A stretch of 63,851 nucleotides of DNA, filler included, from Cercozoa sp. M6MM (taxonomy: Eukaryota; Protista; Endomyxa: Ascetosporea), in assembly GCA_040357565.1 (NCBI GenBank). It is 5 parts of 5 records of this genome, joined end to end, with 100 filler letters (N's around TTAATTAATTAA, not from the genome) between each part and the next. Parts side by side here need not be neighbours in the genome. Positions count along the whole stretch, not along the records: positions 51,138 to 56,612 come from JBDODJ010000902.1; positions 56,713 to 59,983 come from JBDODJ010001528.1; positions 60,084 to 63,851 come from JBDODJ010001321.1; 2 more parts are not named here. One strand, given 5' to 3'. The notes under the pieces were generated by a model. The model had not been told where the DNA came from and made no database searches. It saw only the letters and a list, made by a program, of their open reading frames with translations. Numbering within the stretch: position 1 is the first letter of the stretch; each line of letters opens with the position of its first letter. Both the position numbers and the translations under genes were made by a program. Shown here piece after piece: positions 53,305 through 63,851 of this stretch.

Positions 53305-56300
53305 ATGTGGCTCTTGCTTTTATCGCTCACGCTGCACGTGGCACACACGGCGACGGTGCACCTTCGTGGTGGCACTGTGCAGCCTGGTGTGTCGCTGCAG
53401 GGTGATGCCACCGAGCACTACCTCCTGCACGTGCAGAAAGGTACCCAACGCCCCAATCAATTGATACAGGAGATGTTATATGAAGTGCTTTATCAGGAGT
53501 GACACGCCAACACCTCGAAAGAACAATCAAGGTTTTCGGTCTCGAGGAGGAAGTCAGGTTACTCGGCTATGCACACGACAGTGCTTTCGTGGCTCGAGTC
53601 ACCGCTCCTCTGGGCGACGGTTTCCTCACACGTGCTCGCATCGACTCGGCGACGGTGTTGCACGCGAATCACAAATGCGATCTCTCGGAGGAACGAAGCG
53701 AAAGCGAAAGCGAAAGCGAAATTGAAATCAGAAACAAAGCTCGTCAGTTTGTCGTTTCCCTCGCGTTGCTTCCTGACGAAACCGTCGGAGAAGTAGTCGA
53801 ACAAGTGCGCGCACTCGATGCGGTTACCGACGCGACCGTCAGCGGCAGCGACAGATTAGTCGTCACGGTCGAAAGCGACGCAGACGAAACGCTAGTGTGC
53901 CACTCACTCGGCAGCATTCCAGCAGTCTCGTGGATTGAGTCACGCGCCCAGCCGTCGCTCTTGCTGCTGCACTCGGCGCCATTGGTGCAGTCTCGTGCCT
54001 ACTATCTCCCTTCGTACCGCCTTTTAAACTGAACTGACCTGACTTTGATCGGCTTTTGAGTAAGTTTTGTTTGTTTGTTTGTTTTTTCAGTGAGTCACGA
54101 CCGCACTACCCGCCGGAAGCAACACCAGCATGGCAAGCTGGACTGACTGGTGAAGGTGTCATTGTCGGCATCGGCGATACCGTAATTTTTCCCAATCAAA
54201 GATTGTTCTTTTGAATGAGCTTGTCAATTGTAAATTAGGGATTGGACCCGGATCTATGTTTCTTTCGCGACATGGAGCGCGACATGCCGTTCGGAACGTT
54301 TGATTCATCGCATCGCAAAGTCGTGTCGTACAATGCGCTGCACACCGTGAACGGTCAGCAAGACGACCATGGTATATTCGTCGCTGTCTTGGTTTTTTCA
54401 GTTTAGTTTTGGCTGGTTTAGTGTCGCACGGATCGCACACAGCGGGCAGTGTTGCAGGCGATGTTTGCAGTCAGTGCACGTCGGAAAAGGGGCAGTGGCT
54501 CGGCGACTACAAGGGCATGGCTCCAGGTGCAAAACTGGTGTGTTCTTTCATCAGTAGTGAAGGGTTTGTTTTATGGACGGACATGACAAGAGTGTCTCTG
54601 CAGGCCGTGTTCGACTTTGGCAGTGCGCGAAACCTGCGGATTCCGGACCATTTGTTGGAGGAACTGTACCTCCCAGCGACCAAACTGGGCGGCTCGTCTG
54701 ATCACAGTGTGCACATCATGAGCAACAGCTGGGGTGACCCGGACGGCAGCTACTCGCTCATGTCGCGCGATTCCGATCACTTCATGCACACGCACGATGA
54801 TGTATCCTTTCTCTTCTCCTTCTTTTTTTCGCGGAGCTTGTGATTGGTGCAGATTCTGCTCGTTTTTGCGTGTGGCAACAGTGGCAGGTATAAATTAACT
54901 GATTGAAAAGGGTTGTTTCTTGAACTATGCGTGGTTTTAACAGAAGTGGGCCCAGCACAATCACGTTTCCGGGAAACGCGAAAAACGTACTTTCGGTCGG
55001 TGCGCACACGAATCGTCACTACTCGGTAGCAAGCTTTATTCGTGTGTCTGTTGTTCTTGATGTGAAAGAATGCAACAGGGTGTGCCACAAGCGCCGGTTG
55101 CTCGCGGATTTAGTGCGGAGGCTACGCGCGCTGCCTACTTGTCGACCTTCAGCAGTCGTGGGCCAACGTTGGATGGACGAGTCAAACCTGACATCGTCGT
55201 TAGTGGAGAGGTTCGTTTTTCGGGGATTGTTTTCTTTTTTAATTGTTGTTCCACAGAGCATTCGCGCACCGAAAAGCGATGGTCATGTCAACTACGACAG
55301 CGATCAGTGCGATGTTTCTGAGAACGGTACCTTTCTTTTTTGTTGCGTTGAAGGATGCTTTTTCAGTTGAATCAAGGGTTACTTTAGCTCACCGATCGCA
55401 TCCGCTCGTGTTCAAACGCGGCACGTCGATGGCCGCGCCCGTTGCTGCCGGCGCTGTCGCTTTGTTGCGACAGTGGCTTGTTCAAGTAACCTCTATCTTA
55501 TGTGTATATCTTAGTCTATGTCATTCGTGCCTCTTGACAGAGAGCCAAAGTGCTGCCGAAAGCATCGCTGTTAAAAGCGTTGGCGATTTCGTCCACAATG
55601 CCGTTGTTGGGTATTGCGTGTGCCATCTATGTGTTGGACGCACTATTATCGTTTGCAGGTATCGTTGACACGTTCGGTCGGAGTCAGCCGAAAGTATCGC
55701 ATTTCGAAAACACTCTCAACCCGCCTTCGTTCGAGCAGGGTACTTTCTTTCAGTCCTTGTACCATTTTACGACTTCTTTCGGCCAGGTTTCGGTCGAATG
55801 GTGGTCGAAAACGCAGTTCCACTTGAGTTTGAGGTCAGAGGCGGTGCGTGAAGAATCCAGTTTTCCGTAAGCTAAGAGTTTAAAGCTTTTGAGTGCACAC
55901 AGAGAAGAAAGAATCGAATGCGATGGAAGAGGAGCACGAATTCACGGGCAGTCTCGATTTGTGGTTCACGCAGAGTGTACCTCTTGTCCTTTATCGATCG
56001 GTTCTAAGGACAAAACCTGTGTTGAATACAGATTTTGCTGCATGAGGGCGAAGCGCGTCACTTCTGTTTCGAAGTGCTTCCTGCCGAGGTAGTCAGACAC
56101 GCTTGCTGCTTCAACGTGCTGTATTTTCTTTTTATGGCAGCAAGAGGAGAAGCAAGTGCTGCCGTTCTTCAAAACGACTCTCGTGTGGACGGATCCTCCT
56201 GTATGTGATACGATCATCCACCTTGTGAAATTGTGTTATGCTTGTGTATGTTGTTGTATAGGCAGCAGAGAGTGCAGCAGTGCTGCTGGTGAATGACTTG

Positions 56301-56577
56301 GACCTCTCGGTGGCAGCACCGCCCTACCGCAACCACAGTGCCAACGACGACAGTCAGAGAGACAGTCAGAGTGGCAGTCAGAGTGACCGAGAGCACGCGC
56401 GTGATCGCACAGTCTTTGTGGGCAACGACGTCGGCGATCACACCGGGCAGAGTGAGGTGCGGCACCGGCACCGCGACGAGCTTAACACGGTGGAGCAGGT
56501 GTGGCTCACCACCGCGCAGCTGTACGACCCGGTCGAACAGGCCGTGCGACCCGGTCTCTATGCCGTCACAGTCTCCG
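53305..56577 (+). CDS. Secreted subtilisin-like S8 protease (KP-43/Tag-type), cut by contig end
   Basis: Signal peptide; GLTGEGVIVGIGDTGLD (Asp), HGSHTAGS (His), SNSWG, SSRGPTLDGRVKPD, GTSMAAP (Ser), LVWTDPP..VNDLDL. Confidence 0.93.
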
Positions 56578-56712
56578 TGTGTCCTTTCTATTATATATAT
56601 ATATATATATATNNNNNNNNNNNNNNNNNNNNNNNNNNNNNNNNNNNNNNNNNNNNTTAATTAATTAANNNNNNNNNNNNNNNNNNNNNNNNNNNNNNNN
56701 NNNNNNNNNNNN

Positions 56713-56773
<61 letters not shown>

Positions 56774-56800
56774 GCATTAAACAAGTTGATTGCTTGCTGT

Positions 56801-58502
56801 AGCCGGAGTGACCATCAAGGAGTACGACCAAGTGGAAGAAACGCTCGCGGCGATCGACTGCGGCGTTCTCGTCGACGAAAGCAGCTGCAACACGCGTGTT
56901 TTCGAGGCCATAAACCAGGTGTGTTTTCGACCGCCCCTTTAACCAATTTATTTTGTCCTTTTAACCCCTTTGCACCCTTAACGAGCTACCCTTTAATAAA
57001 CTCTAAGCACGCCTTTAACGTGGATTAGGTTGTGAAAAGCGAAGGCGTGCCGATCGTGTGTGCGTTGAAATCGCGCAAGAACGAAGCGGAACTCGAGGGC
57101 ACACGACGCGCCCATCTGCGGTTAGTTCTACCCAGTTTACTTTCCCTAAGCTCCCAGCTTATCCCCCTTCCATCTTACCCCTCTTACCCCCCCCCCCCAG
57201 AGATGGCGCGGCAAAGACTCGTTTCATCGCGTGGCTGTTCGAGCACATGTCGCAGCACGAAGAGTCACCGCTCAACGAGGCCGAGATCGCCGAGCGACTG
57301 CATGCGTTCCGCGCGGAGACGGCCGAACTGATCGGTGAGGGTGACACCTTCTGCGGCGACTCATTTAGCGCTATCGTGGTACTCACTAGGTTCTTACACC
57401 CTTCATACACCCTTACCTCCGTGTGTTCCTTGGTACCAAAGGGAAGCGGCGGCAACGGAGCGATAATTCACTACCACCCGGAGAAAGCGACGGCGAAAAA
57501 ACTGCGTCGCGACGAACTGCTGCTCGTTGATTCTGGGTGCTTTTCTACCCCCCCCCCCCCATATTACCCTCACTCCGTTTACTTCCCACGCCCTCTATTC
57601 ACCCCTCCTCGTGTAGTGGCCAGTACGTGGACGGCACGACGGATGTGACACGAACGTTTTCGTTTGACGGGGAAGCGCCGGCATTGGCGAAGGAGGCGTA
57701 CACGAGGGTGCTGATGGGACACATCGACCTGGCTCTGGCCGTGTTCCCGGAACACTTTTGTCCGGGTCCGTATCTTGACGTCCTGGCACGTCGGCCGCTG
57801 TGGGAGGTCGGACTTGACTATGGGCATGGCACTGGTACCCCCTGTATACCACTCTATTTACCAGCCTGTTTACCCTTTGTGTACCCCTATTTACCCTCAC
57901 TTTTAGGACATGGAGTGGGCGCCTTCCTGTGCGTGCATGAGGGTCCGCACGGCATCACAATGACGCGACGTGGCAAGCGACTGTTCGAGGCGCCTATGGC
58001 ACAGGGTAGATGTGTTTACCCCCCTATTACCTCTCTTTACCCTCTTTTACCCTTCTTACACTCCCCCAGGAATGCTGGTAAGCAACGAGCCCGGCTACTA
58101 CGACACCGAGGCCGGCTTCGGCATTCGCATCGAAAACGTCGTCGAAGTGGTGGCGAAGGAGACGCCGCATCAGTGGCGACAGCGACAGTCTCTAGGTAGC
58201 TTTAAACCCCTCTTTACCCCCTCTGTACCCCTCCGCTTTACTTCTCCAGGCATGCGCGACCTGACGCTGATTCCGCACCAGACGGAAGGCTTGCTGGACA
58301 TGTCGCTGCTGCAGACGCATCACCTGCGCTACCTGGACAGCTACCACGCGCGCGTGTTCAACGAACTGGTTTTGTCCCCTTTACCCCACACCACCTCACC
58401 CCTCTTACCCCTTCCCGTGAACAGTCGCCGCTGCTGAGCAAGTGCAACGACCAGCGCGCTTCGCGACTGCTCAAGAAGTGGACGCGTCCGCTGTTGCACT
58501 AG
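56801..58502 (+). CDS. Xaa-Pro aminopeptidase (aminopeptidase P, M24B), 3' part
   Basis: Motifs KSRKNEAE, NGAIIHY, DSGGQYVDGTTDVTRT, HGTGHGVG..VHEGP and SNEPGYY..FGIRIEN. Confidence 0.95.
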
Positions 58503-58914
58503 CTGGATGTACTAGACACCACAGTGCTGCTATCGTATCCTGGCTACTCGCTATCGTAATACCCTACCCTACAGTACATGGTTCCGCACGAGGGTCAAGT
58601 GAATGAGAGCCGATCATCGCTACAACGGATAACGGGCCTACTAGCACCCGGCCTTGCACTCGACAGCGGCTTTTTTCTTGGTTTGTCAAGTTGTTGATCA
58701 ATAATGATCGATACCAAAATGGCCACTGGAAATGAGCGCACACGCCGTGACTCCAAGCTGGTGAATTGGCTACTCGGGCGAAATCCACTTTGCTAGTATT
58801 TTAGGTGTGCATATCGGCACTGTTTAGGCCAGCGGCGTCGCAGAGCGTGCTGGGTCGCTCGTGCGACACAAACCGTGTGTTAACTTTTTCTGCAGTTTCC
58901 CATTGCTCCCAAGA

Positions 58915-59925
58915 ATGTTGACGCGCCTTGTTGGCATTCTTTGGCTCGTGCTGCTAAACCTCACTACGCAGACACATGCATTGTACCCAACTCTCACAAT
59001 CTTTTGACATGCAGGGGGTTCATATTTATTTCTATTATGCAGGGACAATGACGACCTCGCACATGGCATTCTGTGTGATGTTCGTATGTGGGTACAGATA
59101 CCTATTTTTGAAGTGTGTTCCTCTTTCCTGTCATTTTTTTCCTCAACAGGGCGATTTTGTGACAACTGACCTGTCGGATCCGTATGAGAGTCACTACAAG
59201 CCTCGCGGTGTCGTTTCCTACCCGCTGAACCGGTCTGAGATTGACTCGCAGGTACGATTCCCATGTATGGCTATATAATGCTGTGATTTTGTTGTGTGTC
59301 TTGTAGGTGCCACTGTTGATGTCGATGGTGATTCCGCAAAACAAAAAGATTGATTACTACGGCGACGCCGACGGCTTTTCCGCAAATGACAACCAGAGAG
59401 GCTTCCACCCGCTGTTGACAGAACCCGATGACATCCCGGACTACAAGTTCCGGTGCTACGACCCTTCGAAACCGCTGCCGGTTGACATTGTGGCCTTCTC
59501 TTTAATTTGTCTGAAAGGCAGTGTGTATGGTAAGGTGGCTTGGGATCGTAGGACTGTTACCCGATGGCGAGCTTTACGCGCTTCCGCGGCATGATCGACT
59601 TTGAATTTGGCAGCTGCGCATCGGCAGTCTTCCACGTGTTTTCCAACCCGGACGTACGCTTGTTTTTTCTTGTGCGTATTTAGCTGTCGCATTTCTCAAT
59701 GGCTACATAGGACTCAGGCCACCTCAGTCTCTTCAAGATTGGTATCTCTCCTCTTGCCTCTCATACACTGAATTGCCAGTGTTTTGGTAGATCCAACAAG
59801 TCGCTCAGTCGTGCAAGTACCGACTTTGAATGACAACTTCCGGTTAGCTTGCTGCCTGGGTTTTATGAAAGGTTATGTTTATCTCTGGTTTCTTGAGTGC
59901 AGACCCAACAGCACTGGACCTACGG
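58915..59925 (+). CDS. Hypothetical secreted protein, 5' part
   Basis: Signal-peptide-like MLTRLVGILWLVLLNLTTQTHA followed by spliceable exons; cut by contig end. Confidence 0.55.
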
Positions 59926-59935
59926 TAACACACAC

Positions 59936-59983
<48 letters not shown>

Positions 59984-60094
59984 NNNNNNNNNNNNNNNNN
60001 NNNNNNNNNNNNNNNNNNNNNNNNNNNTTAATTAATTAANNNNNNNNNNNNNNNNNNNNNNNNNNNNNNNNNNNNNNNNNNNNCACACACACAC

Positions 60095-60149
<55 letters not shown>

Positions 60150-61838
60150 GAAACACAGTCATAGTAAATGCTGTTGAGCAGATATTTGTTTCATGCACGG
60201 CATTGTCCGTCCATTGTTTCGTGGCAACACGGTAAACCTACAAAATCTACACCGGAATTATTAACTTATGATGGCGTTGTAGCGAGCGAAAGCAGTGGGC
60301 TTGCACGTTGTCAGAGTGGGTCACTAATCTAGGGCTTATGGGCATTGCAGTTACGTTTGCCGGTACTGCGCCTGTAAATTGAAATCGTCGCTTTCACTAC
60401 TTTTCTTATTTTACAGTGAAGAACGACAGACTCGAAAAAATATTTCTGTTTAAAATCCTGGACAGTAAAAACATCACCGACCTGCGCCTTCTTCGGAAGA
60501 TCTTTGTGGGATTGCTCCTGGAGGTACTGTAAATTTGATCTTTGTGGGATTGCTTCTGGAGGTCGGGTCTTAAACCAAGTACTAGCAATCTCAATCCGTC
60601 TACTTCTACTATGTAGGCCATCGCGATCGGTGTCGTTGAGACAACGCAACAAGTGAAGGCTGCAAAGTTGGTAGAAAACAAGTCGGTCTACATGGCCTGC
60701 TACCGACCAAACTCGGGCATCGACTTGGTTCCAAAGCTTCCGATCTTGTTTGTCGTAGCACTTCTACACGCTCGAGCACATGTTCCACTTTCTGGTCCTT
60801 GGACAGCTTAAAGCGTACCTGTACTGTAGGTACTCTGGACCATGAAAATATCTGTGTCGTTGCGAGATGCGCCATCAGAGTTTCGCGAAGCTACTTTCGT
60901 AAATTAGAATATCAGCCACCGGGATGAATCCGCATCAAGTAAAATTTACCTCCGGATTGAGGCAGATTGAAGCCATCGTGTTTTTGTCGCTCAGCACTCT
61001 GGTCATCACTGGTAAAATTGTACTTGAAGCTTTCAAACGTGTTCGCTCAACAAAGGCCCGGGTGGATTGTTCAGAAATTGTTATCGGCGTGTACAAAGGC
61101 GACGTCAACGTCGCGGCTCGAGCTGCTGCGATGTAGGCCCTGTTCACTTGTAGGTCTCTGCTTATGCTATTGGCTATATTGACAACGCGTAGAGGCACTT
61201 TTCTCATCATTTCGTTCGTTTTGACCCTGGTACAGCACTCGTAATACCTATCACAAAACTTGAACAACTGAACTTCTTCTCCTGATTCTTCTCCATTCGC
61301 AGTACACGATTCCTCGCGTTTTGTGGTACTGAACATTTAATTCCAGCAACTATACTTGCACAGCACATAGGCAGTGCTGTATGTATTTATGTCCCGTAGC
61401 GTGCACGGCGGTTGGAACTGCGTCCGAGTCAAGCCAGCGTGTACGTGAATGAGCCTTGAGCTTGGGAACGCGTCTAACACACTCTCAGCACTGGCTAAGT
61501 GGGGGACGGTTCCAACGTGACCCGCCAGCAAGGTAGGAAGCACGTTGAATTTCCTGTGGCGCTCACGTGCATGTGAAAGTCTCGTTGCTCGCATATGGCG
61601 ATAATTGTTGTATATCGTATCCGTTCAGCCACAATTTAAGCCGGTTAGTAGTAGTTTTTCCCAGGGTCACTGAGAAGTTATTGCCGAGCGAATATGGCGA
61701 TGAGGCCCGTCGTTTGTCAAAATTATCGTATGGGGCCGCATATTAAAAACGAACTTGCGTTCAGTTCAGTAGACGTGCCGGTGTGAGGTTGCGTTGGTTG
61801 TACATTGTCTCCGCTCGAATCCAGCTCGAAAATTCAAG

Positions 61839-63091
61839 TTAGTCTTCCTCATCGTCCTCGTCCTCGGCAAACATCTCTGGAATGGCCGCGCCCAACGTGT
61901 TGGCCAATACGCCCTATAAACAACGAGAGGTTGCAGGGAGAGGTGAAACGAAGAAACTCAAACACACCTTGTCACGACCAAAGTCGTCTGCGTCAACGAA
62001 GAAGCGAGGCGCCAATCTCTACACACACAGACCAGATAGTAAAGCGGCACGAGGAAAGACACAGAAAAGACACGAACAGACAGCGATACCTGGAAAAAGC
62101 CCGCCAAGATGAAACTCTGCGACGCACGTACATGAGTCACAAGTATCTCAACAGCGCAAAACAAACACACAAACAAAAACCGAAACAAAAAACAAAAACG
62201 CACAGCGTCATCTTCGTCGCTCTTGTCTTTGTTGGCGTCGTTAGCCTTGTCGTCAGAAAACGTTGGCCACGACAGCACCTTTTGTGCCACCACCTCGAAA
62301 GCATCCTGCGACACATTCAAGATATGACTGTTCCCCTCAGCAAACTACAAAAGGAAAAAGGCGTTGCACCTGCTTGCTGTCTTGCTGCTGGTCCTGGTCA
62401 ATGGAGTCCGATACCACGGCCCACATGGCATACCTACAAGCAATCAGAGTGCAAGGATACCCACAAAGAGCAGCATGACATGCTACGGGTGTCGAAACAG
62501 ACGTGCTGGAAGTGTCAGACACTTTTTGAACTGCTCAGCTGACCCAGCGCACTCTTCCACCGACTGCTTGCTCTCCAGACTGCAAACAAATGGCATGCAA
62601 AGCACATGCACGAGAAAGAGGGTAACTCTGGCTCCAGAACAAGTACCACTTGACGGTGTCCACAAGCACGTGCTCACACTCGCTGACTTCGGCCATCCAA
62701 AGAATACTGCAGCTCAATGCAACTGACTATCCAACGCCCTGCAATTGTATTCACTGTTCACACACACGCCTGCACTGCTCTAACGACTCTGACTCGCTCT
62801 TGAAACAAAAAACAAAAAAAGTTGACCACGACAATTGTTCGCCGTTAGTTGAGTGTTTTCGGAAACCAACTCTTTGGACCATACAACTCCCTTTTGACGT
62901 TCCGCAAGACTGAACGGAACTAGTACGGTATTGAGTATAAAGCACTGCTGTCCATCACGGTAGCGTAAGTCTGTTATATTAGCTAGAGACTGGACGTCCG
63001 GTAAACACGACCACAGAATTCGGCTCAAATCGCGTCAAAGCGGACCCAAACGCTCCAGATCGACGAACCTGCCGTGAATAGGTAGGTACAT

Positions 63092-63133
<42 letters not shown>

Positions 63134-63238
63134 NNNNNNNNNNNNNNNNNNNNNNNNNNNNNNNNNNNNNNNNNNNNNNNNNNNNNNNNNNNNNNNNNNN
63201 NNNNNNNNNNNNNNNNNNNNNNNNNNNNNNNNNGTGTG

Positions 63239-63317
<79 letters not shown>

Positions 63318-63778
63318 CAAACACACACACACGCACACACACACACACGCACACAACAGAGCAGAGGAAACGCGCACCGCTTCTGCTTCCAGTACTCGAG
63401 CGAGGAGACTCGTGTAGACCACTCCACCTGCACAGGACCATGTGTGTTAAGAAGAAACGCACACCCCGAGTCCAGAAAGAAACGCACAAACTCCTGCGGC
63501 CGCGTGGTGGCGGCGACGCCGAAACCGCCCAGGATACCACCTGCATATACGCAGAGTGTATACAGTGTAGTGAGAGACACGAATCGGTATTACCGAGATG
63601 TGCAGCATGCGCGATCATGTGCTGCTTCGACCGCCCTCGCATCAGTGTCTACAGCAAAGTGTCCTCTGTCGTGTAGAGTTGTACCAGGCAAGACACAGTG
63701 GTACCGCAGCTAGTGGAATCATCGATAGTGCCATTGTCACCAAGGTCAATGACTCCATATCGGTCGGCAGGACCTTCC
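61839..63778 (-). CDS. Hypothetical multi-exon gene, 3' part, acidic tail (..EDEDDEED*)
   Basis: GT-AG-bounded minus-strand exons separated by (TG)n introns. Confidence 0.55.
63093..63355. repeat. (CA)n microsatellites around a 100-N gap; also 59930-60146 and 63781-63851
   Basis: Visible. Confidence 0.95.

Positions 63779-63851
<73 letters not shown>

Noticed and set aside
58570-58680. snRNA-like TTGCACTC loop followed by a T-run
   Set aside because: No U1/U2 5' signature or Sm site; too little support.

Overview
Gene-dense, very intron-rich eukaryotic (protist-like) nuclear DNA. The window is five contigs joined by artificial N-TTAATTAATTAA-N linkers (20666-20765, 51038-51137, 56613-56712, 59984-60083), plus three plain N gaps. 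About 26 spliced genes can be traced by hand. Nearly all introns are GT-AG, mostly about 50-75 nt, with very degenerate donors. Recognisable products: Nup93/Nic96, an N-terminal-only CNOT11, PP2C, a catalytic-domain-only MTHFR, GFAT with a 43-aa presequence before its catalytic Cys, a Rab6-like GTPase, an OMS1/METTL7-like methyltransferase, a multi-TM lipase_3-like protein, a PhyH-like and a prolyl-4-hydroxylase dioxygenase (head to head), a nurim/NnrU/MddA-family membrane protein, a class-2 DYRK, an AT-hook bromodomain protein, eIF4A3, a HAD-IIA phosphatase, a TBC1D22/Gyp1-like RabGAP, a His-rich C2H2 zinc-finger protein, Elp4, a Tudor+PH protein, DAP decarboxylase, ZGRF1, an S8 subtilase and aminopeptidase P. 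The most interesting signals: (i) a candidate metal-sensing C2H2 factor; (ii) the GFAT presequence; (iii) truncated CNOT11 and MTHFR; (iv) a strand-biased class of C-rich (CCCCTTA-like) introns confined to some genes. All identifications come from motif recognition by eye; no database searches were run. No rRNA, tRNA, CRISPR array or intact transposon was found.
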